64,000 nucleotides of DNA from contig NW_024704743.1 of the NCBI RefSeq assembly GCF_018977255.1, positions 113,896,001 to 113,960,000 on the forward strand. The letters are read 5' to 3'. Shown one piece after another: positions 12,710 through 25,243 of this stretch. How positions within the stretch are numbered: the stretch's first letter is position 1; each line of letters opens with the position of its first letter. Source of the DNA: Callorhinchus milii. Lineage: Eukaryota. The notes under the pieces were generated by a model. It did not search any database. It saw only the letters and a program-made list of their open reading frames with translations, and was not told the DNA's origin. The position numbers and the translations under genes are program-made.

Positions 12710-13370
12710 CCTGGCTTTCAGCCTTTCTCCCCCCACACTCTGGAACGCCATCCCACAGTCCCTTCGCCTCGCTTCCTCCCTTGCCTCCTTCATGGCCGGT
12801 CTCAAGACCCTTCTCTTCAACCGTGCCTTTTTTGTTCTTGATTTGTTCTTGATTTCAAGATCCTCATCCTCACCTACAAGGCCATTCACGGTCTTGCTCC
12901 CTCCTACCTCTCCAACCTACTATCCCCCTACCTACCTGCACCCTCCGTTCCTCTGGCTCCGGTCTGCTCCACGTCCCCCGCCCCAACCGCCCTACCATCG
13001 GTGGTCGGGCCTTCAGCCTCTCAGCCCCTAGGCTCTGGAACTCCATCCCCCAGTGCCTTCGCCTTGCTTCCTCCCTTTCCTCCTTCAAGGCCGGTCTCAA
13101 GACCTTTCTCTTTGACCGTGCCTTCAGCTCCCCTCTCGACTCTCTACCCCCTCCTCGCTCCCTCCCTTCCCTCCCCTCACCATTTCCCCCCTCCTCGCTC
13201 CCTCCCTTCCCTCCCCTCACCCTGACCATTTCCCCCCTCCTCGCTCCCTCCCTTCCCTCCCCTCACCCTGACCATTTCCCCCCTGCTCGGATCATGACCC
13301 AACTGTGCAGCGCCTTGGGACGTCCTCCTGACGTGAAAGGCGCTTTATAAATGGAATCTTGTTGTTGTTG
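12710..13370 (+). mobile_element. Two adjacent L2 3' fragments (about 12710-12826 and 12850-13370)
   Basis: AFSLSPPTLWNAIPQSLR, then a young copy [18 protein letters not shown] with three 3'UTR repeat units and (TTG)n. Confidence 0.9.
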
Positions 13371-14469
13371 TATCTTGTTGTTTGTTCCCCATAATCTAAA
13401 GTGAAAACAGATCCTCTGACAATGAAGATGTTCCTCAAGAGTATTAGGCACATAGACCGTCTGCTTAAAAATAAACTTGGCAACATGTATAGGACCTTCT
13501 GTATATTTGAAACTATTGGAGAACTTGCTGTTTACGGTACTTGAGATCTTTGAATTGGGCCCGTCATGGATCTTGAAAATCCGAGTTGAATGTAATATTC
13601 CACTGGTTAATTACTATAATGGCTTTCAGGTGCAAGGTACACTGAACACATCAAATGAGGAGTCTGGATAAATTTGATTCATAAGGCCACAGATTCTTTA
13701 ATGCTGTTCGTGATGGGTGATTTCCCACAGGTGAAATCGGTAGGGACCTGGGGATTAATTTTGGCTCCTGACTTGGAGATTTGTTTGAAAGAGTGCTTAA
13801 CGAATTTCAAATTATGTCTATAGTCGGCTGAAATAATAATACAAAGCATATGTTTGACTTTTTACTTCTATTTGGCTTCACACCCAGAAGGCAACAGCTG
13901 CAGTGTGGAAAGAGAATACCTAACCCATATCTTATGGGACTATTGCAGACTTTTGGAACCAATTGCAGATGCTTTGGCTCCAGTCAACATAACTGCTTCC
14001 CTAATGTTTCGAGAGATTTCTATGGCATTGAGACACTAATTCCCTTTTGCCCCTCATGCTTCCCCCAGCAACCTGTTCATCACTTCATAAGTTCCCAGAT
14101 CTTATGGTCCACACAGTGTTTTTAGTAGTAAAATAATTAATTGAATCGGTAAGTATAATGCATACGAATACATTCATCTTATGAAAATTAATGTTTATTT
14201 TGTTCAATTTATTCTTAGAGATTTAAAACATTGAGGCCAGTTTTTCTTCATAAGAATTTTGTGAGTTGATAAGAAAAGCAAATCTAATTGTAGCCTAGGA
14301 CAAGAATGTCCAAATTGCAGATGTTTTGCACTACCGGTTTTAGACTCAATTGTGGACCGAAGTAAAAACACTCTCTTTGGTTTTGGGGATGGCTAGTGTG
14401 GTAAATTTAAAAATTTATGTGTGTAAGAAGAGGTTTTTCAGATTTAAGTTAAATGGAGGTACATTTCTG

Positions 14470-14898
14470 TGCTTTACCATTGCTCACCGTCTCCCTGTCT
14501 CAAGCAGATTGAGTTAAAGATGCTTGTTCTCACCTTCAAATCCCTCCACAGTTTCACCCCACCCTACTCTGCTACCTCCTTCAACCCTACTCACCTGGTC
14601 TCTCCCTTTGTTCAACAAACACTGGACTGCTTCTTATTCCCTACCATATCTGGTCCACAATCGCCAGGTGGGCTTTCAGCCATTCTGCACATGTTCTCTG
14701 GAACTCTATCTCAAGAGTCCCTCTGACTAGCTTACTCCCTCCCACCCCTTGTTCTAGACCATTTCTCCGAATACGTTTGGTCATCTATCCCCTTCCTTCC
14801 CCCTTTGGCTCTCGCCCCAAGCTCAGATGCCCAGTCAGCTGTGTCATGTGCTTTGAGACATTCTCCTCATGAGGTGAAAGGTGCTATTTAAATGTTGT
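14470..14898 (+). mobile_element. Highly decayed L2 3' fragment
   Basis: IELKMLVLTFKSLH and a gtgaaaggtgctatttaaatg tail. Confidence 0.65.
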
Positions 14899-17800
14899 AG
14901 AAAATACGTTTTTAGTTATTACTGCTGTGCATAATTAAACTAAGAATTTTGAGTAATCATTATTATTTTGCTGGTTATACTGAGATAATACACCAGTACT
15001 GTATTTTTGACATTTATTCAATATGTTTGACAGTAATGAAAGGTTTGTACATTCTAGGGGACTGAAGTCTTGCAATTCAGTGATTTGTTTTTAGCGTATG
15101 GTCTATAATAATAATCCTTGCATTTGATCTAAATTTGGTCTAGTTTTGATCTAAATTTTACCCAATTCAGTACGAGTTCTGTTTGAGGAAAATTATGGTA
15201 TCTTTCAACAGGAAAGTTTTCTGATTTTACCTCAAAATTGTCCCAGCTAATACAGTGGGATGTTGTATATTAGATACACAAGTAACCTGTGAAATTGCTC
15301 TGAAGTTGAAGGTTTTTGATTTCAACTAAATTTGCCTTACTGAGTATTTGGGGTTTTCATGTGGATGAGTTTTGATCAGAAATAATTCCATCATAGATTA
15401 AAATGAAACTTCTTTTACATTATTTATATATCTTCAGCGCCTGTGGGAACAGCTGTAAATTGTGACTAACTTCTGTGGTGTAGATTTTCGCCACTCTTTG
15501 GGGAAGGCCTACAGGTTAGGAATGGGTGAAAACTGCTTTGCTGGTTGTATCGGGGCCAAAAAAATAAGTCGGAAGCATTCTCTCTCTCTCTCTCTCTCTC
15601 GGGGATTAGGCAGTGGTTACTCCCAACAGAAGCAGTTGTGCAATTGGCATCCTTATTTCTATAAATGCAACAAATTTGTATTTTTCTTGAAGGGCTGAAT
15701 TGCTAATACGAGTACTATTGTCTACCACATTCAGATTACTCCTTCACAGGAGAGGAAGTGGCTCGAAGTGCAAAACCCTAGTGGACTACAGAGATTGGGA
15801 ATGTGCCAAGTTATCACAAGTGAATCAACTCAGATACACACATTAGTCACATTTTTATGAAAATAATATGTCTGGCAGCCATGTACATATGTCACCTGGC
15901 TAATGACATTTTTTGTGGGTCAATCGTTCCATAGATAAACTGATAGAAACAATTGTATAAACAAGTACAAAGGTTCACATGGCTTTCTAAGCAGATTGAT
16001 GGAAGGGAGGGTTATTTATGAATTATGGAGATTCAAAAAAATTATGAATTATAACTGTTAACATTTAGCAAGACATACAAGTTTGACTTTTTTTATGAAA
16101 GCACTTTGAGGTCAATATTTTTAAGTTGTGTGGAGGAGCATAATAATAATTCTTGCATTTGATATAGCGCCTCACCATGTCTTCGAGGCGTCTCAAAGTG
16201 CTTCACAGAATATATTATAAAGTGAATTGACTCTGTATAATATGAATGTAGCTATATAATAGTTCAAAATTTGACAATGAAAATTCATCATTGAATAATG
16301 GGATGTGCTATTTATTCTGTAATAAGCTTATTTTATTTTGATAGTAGAGCTCCAGCTTTGTAGGTACATTGCTGAGTTTGTGCAAACAATTATGTCACAA
16401 TCTTCCCACTCCAGTCATTTGTCAGAAGTTGGAAGTGAAGCTTGGTAGGTTAGTCTTTGAAGTGAACGTCTTTCATCTAAAATGCTGTTTCATCACAAAA
16501 AAAAAAATCCTATTTTAGACTAGAACGTGGGCATTTTAATTTTTTTTCTATGAAACTTGCAAAGGAGTTAGTTATAAATGAGTGTTGTTTTGATCAATTT
16601 TCAGCACTTTAAAATGGATTTAAATCCATGTCCAAGTGATTTCATGCAGCATGCAAAAAATTGTCTTTGGACTTGCGCTTCATATAGGATAGTCCAACAT
16701 TAACAGGAAAGATGCATTTAAAATCTTTGATGGAAAACTTTGTTTGAGTGTTATGTTTAAGGTGCATCACTTGCTACATATAATTGATGAGAATTTATTT
16801 AGGAAGGCTTTAGTTTTGGATATTTGGCCATCTTGCTATTTGGGCTGTTTTTATTGACCATAAATGAGGAAACGTTTTCTCCACAAGACAGTTGGGCAGT
16901 ATTGAATAGTGGAAATGTAAGGAAGGATAGATCATCTGAAATATTGTTTGATAACCTTTGGAATATAAAGTCATTAATGAGTAAATAGTGAGGTAGTCCA
17001 GAAAAAGCCATCTTGTATGAACATTCATTCCATCCTTAAAAAACGCTGTTCATCAGTTGCCTAGCTCCCATTTTATTCTGACTCTAATCCACGCGCACGG
17101 TTGGCACATCGGTCTCATCTTAAATCTATTCTGTTAACCTAGTTTTCAAGTAATTTGCAGTTTTGATTGCATTTTAGAGGTGGGATTCTACATTTACAGT
17201 TGACAACTGTGCAAGCAATTTCTTAAGTGTGAAAAGATTATAAATTCAAGAGTTTTAAGAGCTCAGTTGAAAGCTGAATCAATGCTTTGCAGAGTATGGA
17301 AACTGATTGAGGGTAGAATTTGAACTGAGGGAGATATAAACCAGCTCGAGATGTAACAACTTGCTTTACACACACCCCTTCACACGGGTAACTTCTTGAA
17401 GCACTACTTTTTGTGCAGTAATTTTTTAAAAAATTCAATATTTCAGCCTAGCACTTCATTAACCAAATATCAAATGAGCCTGTTCTTAAAATACAACCTC
17501 TGAATTTCAACTGGAGGCACTTATATCAGGTTAACGCACAGGGGAATGCATTCGTGAATTAAAAACCATGTCAAGTATTCCAGATAATTAAGCAATAAGT
17601 TTTAGATGTTTTCGAGCTACAATTCAGTCATGGGCATGGATTTCTTTACCTCTGTGAGTTAAGGTGTGTGATTTCAATCGTAAAGCCTAGACTGCAAAAT
17701 GTTTCAATGAGAAGGTGCTAAGGGAGTGCTTTTTGTTTTCTCCTCCTCTTAGTCTCCCCAACAAAAATAGGATAGGGTTTCTCTTCCATATTATGAAAGC

Positions 17801-19058
17801 TCTCAGAATTTTAACCAAATTGCTTCCAGAGTAATATTTCAAATTTGTAAAACTGAAGGAATGAAAACACTTTTTATAATGGATTATTTATGTAGTCCGT
17901 TTTGTGATGCTGCTGATATTTGGGTATTGCATATTAGCCAAGGTGTAATTATGGGTTTGAATTTAGAGTGCCTGTGATCTGCCAGAAGTGTCAAATTGAC
18001 ATTGTAATTGAAATAAAAAGCAGAAAATGTTGGAAATGTACAATATCTGAAAAGGTTAAAGAGCTGATTATCTCCACTAATTGGAACTAGCCCCTTTGTG
18101 GGTAAGAAGACAATATGGAGAGTTGGACATCACCCAAAAAGCAAATTGGCTGCAGTGACGGTATAATTTACATCAAGAATTATACCGTCATTGTAGTACA
18201 TATGGCGTCAGGCCTTTCCTCTTTGCCACTTTTTCTTAGATTTGTCTGTGTCTCCCATCTTTCTAACATTTTCTCTATCTGATTTTTATCTCTAAACTTA
18301 AATTGTATATTGCAATAGACTTTGTTACCAGCAAAAACATTCATGTTGCTGTGCACAAAAATGCTAACATCACATATCTGGACTGGGACTTGGAACGTCT
18401 CTAATACCTGTGCACATGCATTCATATCTGCGCAGATCGGTATTTTTGTTGGTATCTTGCAGTGCGAGTGTGTTCATACAATGCTTATCTTAAATGTTTG
18501 TGTACATTTGGTTCTGTCACTGACTTCATGAATAGTTTTTTGTGCTTTATTTGTACTGAATATCCCTGGTTGGGCATACTTTGATGTACTACTCTAATTC
18601 AACATTGTGCCTTCACTTCAGGCTCTGAAGGGCACTTCTTCCTGCACTAGAGTGATATTTTTATTTTGTACAGTATATCAGTCATCCATGTGGCCTTTAA
18701 ATCCCCTTAACTTTTGAATTCTAGCAATTTTGTGCTATGAAATCATGTCTGTTTGGATGAATGCCCAATATACTTGGCAGAGAGAGCTGATTCTCGTGCC
18801 TAGTTTTGGGTTGATTCAAACTTAGTCCAAGAGGTAAAAATACAGCAGGGTTGCATTGTGAGCAACCTAGTAGCTCCATAAAATACTTTCCAACTCTTTG
18901 ATTTAATGAATTCCATATCATAACTTAATAAAGAATTTTTGAGTTGTAAAATATGTATTGTAATGACTGATTCATGTATTGAAAAATATAGTCTAAGGAA
19001 TAGAATGGGGTTTGTATACTGTTGCGTTTTAAATAGTGTTTATTTGCTCTTTTGGCAG

Positions 19059-19138
19059 AGTGAAAAGGATAATGTCTGAAGATTATCAATTGTTTTACAA
19101 CCGAAATGCCCTAGGGGTGTTTTTGGAGTAAAACCAAG
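19059..19138 (+). other. Candidate non-coding 5'UTR exon of NCOA2 (80 nt)
   Basis: tttatttgctcttttggcag acceptor and AAG|gtatgt donor in repeat-poor sequence upstream of the ATG exon, which itself starts with a splice acceptor. No transcript evidence. Confidence 0.45.
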
Positions 19139-20877
19139 GTATGTGTCTTTTTTTACTTTAGTATTATAATCTTAAATATTGAAGTTCTTAGTTCATATTT
19201 TATATAATAGAAACATGGGTACATTTTAGTAATTTGTTCTTTTACTTAGAAAGTTAACTATTACGTGAAATTTGAATCAATATAAATGCCAGGTATTATG
19301 TCAAAAGTTTACAAAATGTTCTTCCATGCATAGTTTCCTATATATTAATTAGAACACTCTCAATAGACTAAGTATTAAGCGGTATTGATGTAGCTTGGAG
19401 GCATGCGACTAGAAGGTATTAGTAAAAAGACAGCCATTATTTGAGCAATGGAAAGAAGTAGCAGGAATTTTCGATTGTGCCGCTGTGTAGAATTGTTAAA
19501 GAGGATCTATTTGATCAGTAAGTCCATACGGATTTGTGTAGGGTTGTCAGCTGTCATTGTGAACAAATGACAGAGGAGATAAGCTGCTGCTTGCGCACGT
19601 CCTCAATATGTGATCCAGTTTACTTAATGGTAGTGATTGGTTCATTGTTGTCCTTTATTATATCAAATGATTCTGATGAAGATGGGGCTCCTTCTTCACA
19701 ACTATCTATTAAAAAAGCAGGGAAAAAAGTACTTTTGTTTTTGTGATTTACTGAAGTACGGAAGTTCAGAATAGCTGCATTAAATTGGGTTTCTTGGCAA
19801 ACGTCGACTATCCATGGGTAGTATGTTTAAGTAGGAAATAAAATTGGGGGGATGAGAAGGAAGAAACATTACTTTTTGTAGTGACAGAATGAAAAGTATC
19901 ATATGGATCAAATGGTAACTTTCTTAGGTATATGTTTGATTCCTTTGTCACCAGATGCTCTTAAGTACCATATCCACATGTCCATTCTTAATGTCTTTCA
20001 AATGCAGCTACCCTTCCTTTTTGACTGAGCGTTGGTTCGTGACTGAGCAACTTATGAAATCCTAAATTTTGGAATGTGTGATATGGGAAAGGAAACACAA
20101 TTCGCAAGTTTGCAGTTTGTGCCACTTCTGTTTACAACAAGTGGCTGGAGACTTTTGATCAAAGGGGAGCAGGGAAAGAGGATAAAGAGTAAATTAAGAG
20201 CAAAAATTACTTAACTTAAAAATAGTTGAAGAAAACACGCAAACCTAATTCCTAGTGTCGGGGGTCCATTTCTATTGTAGGTTTTTTGGTTCTGGTGTAC
20301 GTAATTTTTACATATGAAGAACAGTGGAAAGGCCCAAAATTCCCTATATCCAGCAGTTTGCTTGATCTCGTTATGATATTCATTGCTCGAATCTGAAACT
20401 TAACCATGTAAAACCTGGGAAGTCTGTGAAATTTATGCCGCACATGCCTGTGATGAAGCTTTCAAGAACCTGGTTAATTGCGCTAATGATGACATTTTAT
20501 TTTTAGTGGTTGATGAAACGTTAATGGTTATAACTTTATGCAGTATATTCAAAAAGGTGTACTATTCTTCATAATCAATCTTTCTCCTATGTTTGTACTG
20601 CACACAAAAAGCCAGAAATTTAATCTAAGGTGATGCACTATTATTGTTGCTTATGCTTACAGTAAATAAAGTTTATGGCTCAACCAACATTTTACTGAAA
20701 CTTCAGCAAAGGGTGTAGATACTAGAATTTCTATGTATGATTGTTTAATAAAGGGTAAATTGATTAAAATGTATTTGCTTCAGCATCATCACTTCTGAAA
20801 TTGCATTGACAATTTACTGACTGAGCGGATTTAAGTTACAATATTAATCCTTGCATTTGATGCATTCTGTGCCTTTC

Positions 20878-21115
20878 GTGGAGTCTCGTAGCGTAGTGAT
20901 TAGCGTGTTTGCCTCGTAAGCACGAGGACACAGGTTTGTTTCCCGAGCTGGGTGAAACTTTAGGTAGGTTTCCTTATTCCACATGTCTTCATTTATCTAT
21001 CTGTAAGTAGGAACCCAGTTGATTAGGTAATAATCCCTTCAAAAAAAATGGTCACTCAATCCATGACTATTTGTGGGACACTGCTGTGCGCACTTGGCTC
21101 CTGTGTTTCGCCCAC
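20878..21115 (+). mobile_element. Older tRNA-SINE (long type), interrupted at 21116; tail probably resumes at about 22231-22310
   Basis: gtggagtctcgtagcgtagtg head; body stops at cgcccac; tttacaatattccgtaaagcgc...tatcaaatgcaaggatt at 22235-22310. Confidence 0.7.
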
Positions 21116-21896
21116 TGTCACGGTCCCCCGTTTTGTTTTCTTTGCCTGTCTGTTGTTTAAATTTAGCACTTTAAATAATTAAATTTTTTTGTGCATTTAA
21201 CGTTTTTGATACTTATGGTGCCATCAAGTCTGACTCTAGCGTTGATAACAACAATTTGAAGTAATTGAAGCGATTGAAGTAACATGAAGTAATTGGTTCT
21301 ATACAATTGCCCTAATTAATATTAATTAATATACAATTACCCTAATTTGGGGAGGGGCTCAATGCCCATAAAAGAACGAGCATCACGTGCTTGTGGTTGC
21401 TATTTTTCTACCTGATGACCACCAAGGTACGTGCTCTGATTATTGATGAGTAGTAGTCAGAGGTTGGTTCTTTGTGCACTTTACATTAACTTCATTACAA
21501 GTGGCTGCTAACATGTGTAGTTTAAATGTGATTAATGTTTGTTATCTCATAGTTGTGTTTGTTGATATTTATCGTGTGGTTTAATATTTAATGCAGATTT
21601 AATTGAAGCTACAGTAAAATTCTGTTGAGCTAACTTAACCGTGCTTAACTCGAGCTTTCTGTATAAATCAAAGGAGGGAATACATAAACAGGTTCAGCTG
21701 AGGTCACAGAGGTGTAAAATAAACCTCTTGATTGACTGAAGCTTCCCAATTTGCTTTAATTTAAATAACAATTGGTAGTACCTGTTGTTGCGGAAGAACT
21801 CATTAGTCAAGTTACACCTAGTTATAGGGACTTGCATTCATTAGTGAGGATTGAACACAGAGGCCACCCAGTACACTTTGCGAAGGAGAGCGAGCC

Positions 21897-22197
21897 ATAA
21901 TAATAATAATGCTTGCATTTGATATAGCACTTTTCACGTCTTCTAGACGTCTCAAAGCGCTTCACAGAATATACTGTAAAGTGAATTGACTGTATATTTG
22001 TGGGCGAACGCGGCAGCCAATTCCGCACAAACAGTCGTAGATTGAAAATGGCCAATTTTTTTTGTTTTGGAGGGATTATTATTAGGCTCTGTGTGGAGTA
22101 AGGAAACTTGCCCAAGGTTTCGCCCTCTGCCTGGAATTGAACTCGGGTCTCTCGCTTGCAAAGCGAGTGCTCTAACCACTGAGCTACAGGACTCCAC
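21897..22197 (-). mobile_element. Full-length tRNA-SINE, short subfamily
   Basis: Near-identical to the 4970-5280 copy apart from a small internal deletion and the tail loop. Confidence 0.92.
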
Positions 22198-24224
22198 ATA
22201 TTGTGGGTGTACACATAAGGGTGATGGACAGCATTTTACAATATTCCGTAAAGCGCTTGGAAACATCTCAACGAGGTATGTGATAAAGCTCTATATCAAA
22301 TGCAAGGATTCTTATTTTTTATTCGTCAGGAGGATGCCTCAAAGCGTTTCATATGATTTAATGTGTAGTGACTATTTTGTAAGTGAAGTTAGTTGAAACA
22401 ATAACTTTTACAATGATGTTATAGATAAGCTTTGATTTTTTTAAAAAAAGGAATCTTGAGACTAAATTAAGTAAGGTCTTCAAATTTAAAGATCCAGTTA
22501 AATGTGTAACACATGGTTCACAGATTGTGGTTTGAATAATGGGACCTTAGTTTTCTGAATGGGTTAGTGGGTAACTGCTTTGAGACGCGCACAGTTGAAC
22601 GACGAGGGAAAGTTGAGAACCGTGAGAAAAATGTTGGGTGAAGTCAATTGTTGGCTTTAAAAGCCATAATAACGTTGTAGGAGAAAGTTAGTCCAAGGAG
22701 TAAGAATTGTGCAATTTTGAGTGGAGATATCCAAATTAGATGGCAGCCATGGCGAAGAATTGAAAGGTGTGAAGAATGACTTTGAAGAATTTTAATAAAA
22801 ACATTATTTTCCTGCCTCAACATCTAATGTGTATATTGAGGTTGGATTCAGCCATTGAGCTGCAAGAGAAATTAAGATCATGAATTTTGAAAGTTGTGGT
22901 TATCATGCTATGGTGGGAACGGTCATTTATATGGTGCACAAACACTATGGGAAGGAGTGGAACCGTGAGAACCCCTGAGTTGGAAAGTTTGAGGAAGAAC
23001 TATCCTCTTAGCAAAGCATTTTGAGAAAAAGAACAACCATAAACAAAATTTGTAGAAGACCACAAAGGAACGAATCTGGTCATTCCTAGTGGTGATAAAC
23101 CTTTACGTTTTTCTTGCACTAAGAATGATTTATAGTTGTCTCAAGTAAATTAATATTTGCACTTGACTAAAAATAGCTTTCATAGAAATCATATTGACCA
23201 GAATATTGTAAAAGCATACACATTTCATTGTTTTACAAGTTACTTTTGGGCAGTATTTTTTTAAAAACGCAGGCAATATTTTATACATCTTCATTATTTT
23301 TTATATTATGGCTTCTGATGATATAACACACACTGGCAATGATTGGATCCCAATAACCTGGGAAATTTGTGTAATTTATCCTGCACGTGTCGCTCTAAAA
23401 AAACCACTGTGCTCCTCAACATGCTGATCTGGTCAAAATTTCAGACTCAATTTTGTCCAAACCAAAATAAAAAACACAACGAGCTTGGCCTGATTCTTTA
23501 TAGAGAGCAGCTTTGCCAAGATGATTCACTTGCGTGATAGTGGCCACTAACTGCTTTGGAGAGATTATTTTAAATTGCAGCCTTCAGTCTTTTGTTTCCA
23601 GATGACTGGTGATTTAAAGGGGCATGTTCGTTAAAGTACATTGTGACAAGCAAACGAGAAATGGTTGTTGCATCCAATGATACCGTGTCAAAATGAATGA
23701 GAAATCATTGAGCAGAAAGTGCATGGCGTTTTCAAAATATTCTTGATTGTGATAGTAGCCATTTGATGTTATTCTGCTGAATAATAGTGACATTTCTGCC
23801 TTTTATTAAAGCCCAGTACAGTATAATTGTGGTTGTGAACTTATTTGTGAGGTTGCATGCGATAAAATAACAAATGTAACTTTGCCAGTTCCAAGCTAGC
23901 ATTGGTGCCATTTTTGTTATGACAACCTTAAATTGATTACCAACTTATCTGGTTTTACACTAGTGGGTATTGGGAGCTTGGCCTCAGTTGGTGTTTGGGG
24001 GATCCTGCTACTATTTCTGGAAGTAACTTTGTAGTCGTGGCCAGTTCTCTGTTCTGACCTGACTGACTAGGATCATCAACTGCCTCTGCATATAGGAACC
24101 TCGGGCATTCAAGGTATTTTGAGTGATCGGGCACCTTTCCTCTTGACATTCAGTAATTCTACTGCCATTATTTGGCAACTAGCTGTCCCAAAACAACTCC
24201 TGTCTTTACATTATGCAAAGGACT

Positions 24225-24551
24225 GTGGAGTCCTGTAGCTCAGTGGTTGAGCACTCGCTTTGCAAGCTAGAGACCTGAGTTCAATTCCAGGCAGGGCGAA
24301 ACCTTGGGCAAGTTTCCTTACTCCACACGCCTAATAATAATCCCTCCAAAACCAAAAACAATAATAAAATTGGTCATTTTCAATCCATGACTGTTTGTGG
24401 GACATTGCTGTGCGCAATTGGCTGCCGCGTTCGCCCACAAATATACAGTCAATTCACTTTACAGTGTGTTCTGTGAAGCGCTTTGGGACGTCCTCCCGAC
24501 GTGAAAAGCGCTATATCAAATGCAAGGATTATTATTATTATTATTATTATA
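24225..24551 (+). mobile_element. Full-length young tRNA-SINE inserted in a Penelope-derived palindrome
   Basis: Complete head, body, stem-loop tail and long (TTA)n. Confidence 0.93.
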
Positions 24552-24552
24552 T

Positions 24553-24736
24553 TGCAGATGCTGGAAACCTGAAACAAAAGCGGAAGTTGCTGGGAACACT
24601 CAGCAGATCAGGCAGCATCTACGGAGAAAGGAAAGTGAGTCAGCGAGAGGACGTGGACCCAAAACATTGACTCACTTTCCTTTCTCCATAGATGTTGCCT
24701 GACCTGCTGAGTGTTCCCAGCGACTTCTGTGTTTGT
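24553..24736. mobile_element. Palindromic Penelope-like terminal-repeat element (5' stub at 24213-24224)
   Basis: Arms about 24571-24642 and 24668-24738 are near-perfect reverse complements and match 55383-55480 at the end of the GIY-YIG relic. Confidence 0.8.
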
Positions 24737-24751
24737 TCCTGTCTTTACATT

Positions 24752-25243
24752 GTTTGTCGGACATGATTGGCTGCTGCATTTCACCCACAAAACAATCTGA
24801 CAATTCACTTTACAGTATATTCTGTGAAGTGCTTTGAGATGTCTAGAAGATGTAGGACTATATCAAATGCAAGGATTATTATTAGTAGTGAGAATCCTGT
24901 AGCTCAGTGGTGAGAATACTCGCCTTGCAAGCAAGAGACACTTGGTTCAATTCCCGGCAGGACGAAATTTGGTCAAGTTGCCTCTGTTTGCCGAGCAGGA
25001 TATAGGAATATAGGGTTGTTAGTCGATTAGCAGATCGTTTTTCCAAGGGTAATAATTCCTTTTTTAAAAAAAATTGGTCACTTCAATCCACGACTTGTTT
25101 GTGGGATATTGTTGTGCGCAATTGGCTGCCACGTTTCGCCCACAAAATATACAGTCAATTCACTTTACAATATATTCTGTGAAGCACTTTGAGAGGTCTC
25201 GAAGATGTAATGAGGTGCTACATCAACTGCAAGGATTATTATT
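24752..25243 (+). mobile_element. SINE 3' half (about 24752-24884) followed by a long-type SINE (24888-25243)
   Basis: Two successive aaatgcaaggattatt-type tails; the second has a tRNA head and the central ctctgtttgccgagcag segment. Confidence 0.85.

Noticed and set aside
18008..18075. Possible older PLE terminal fragment (gaaataaaaagcagaaaatgttggaaat)
   Set aside because: Too short and diverged to call without an alignment.
24225..24300. tRNA-Ala(TGC) genes at the SINE heads
   Set aside because: They are followed by the SINE body and tail in many dispersed copies, and the acceptor stem is imperfect.
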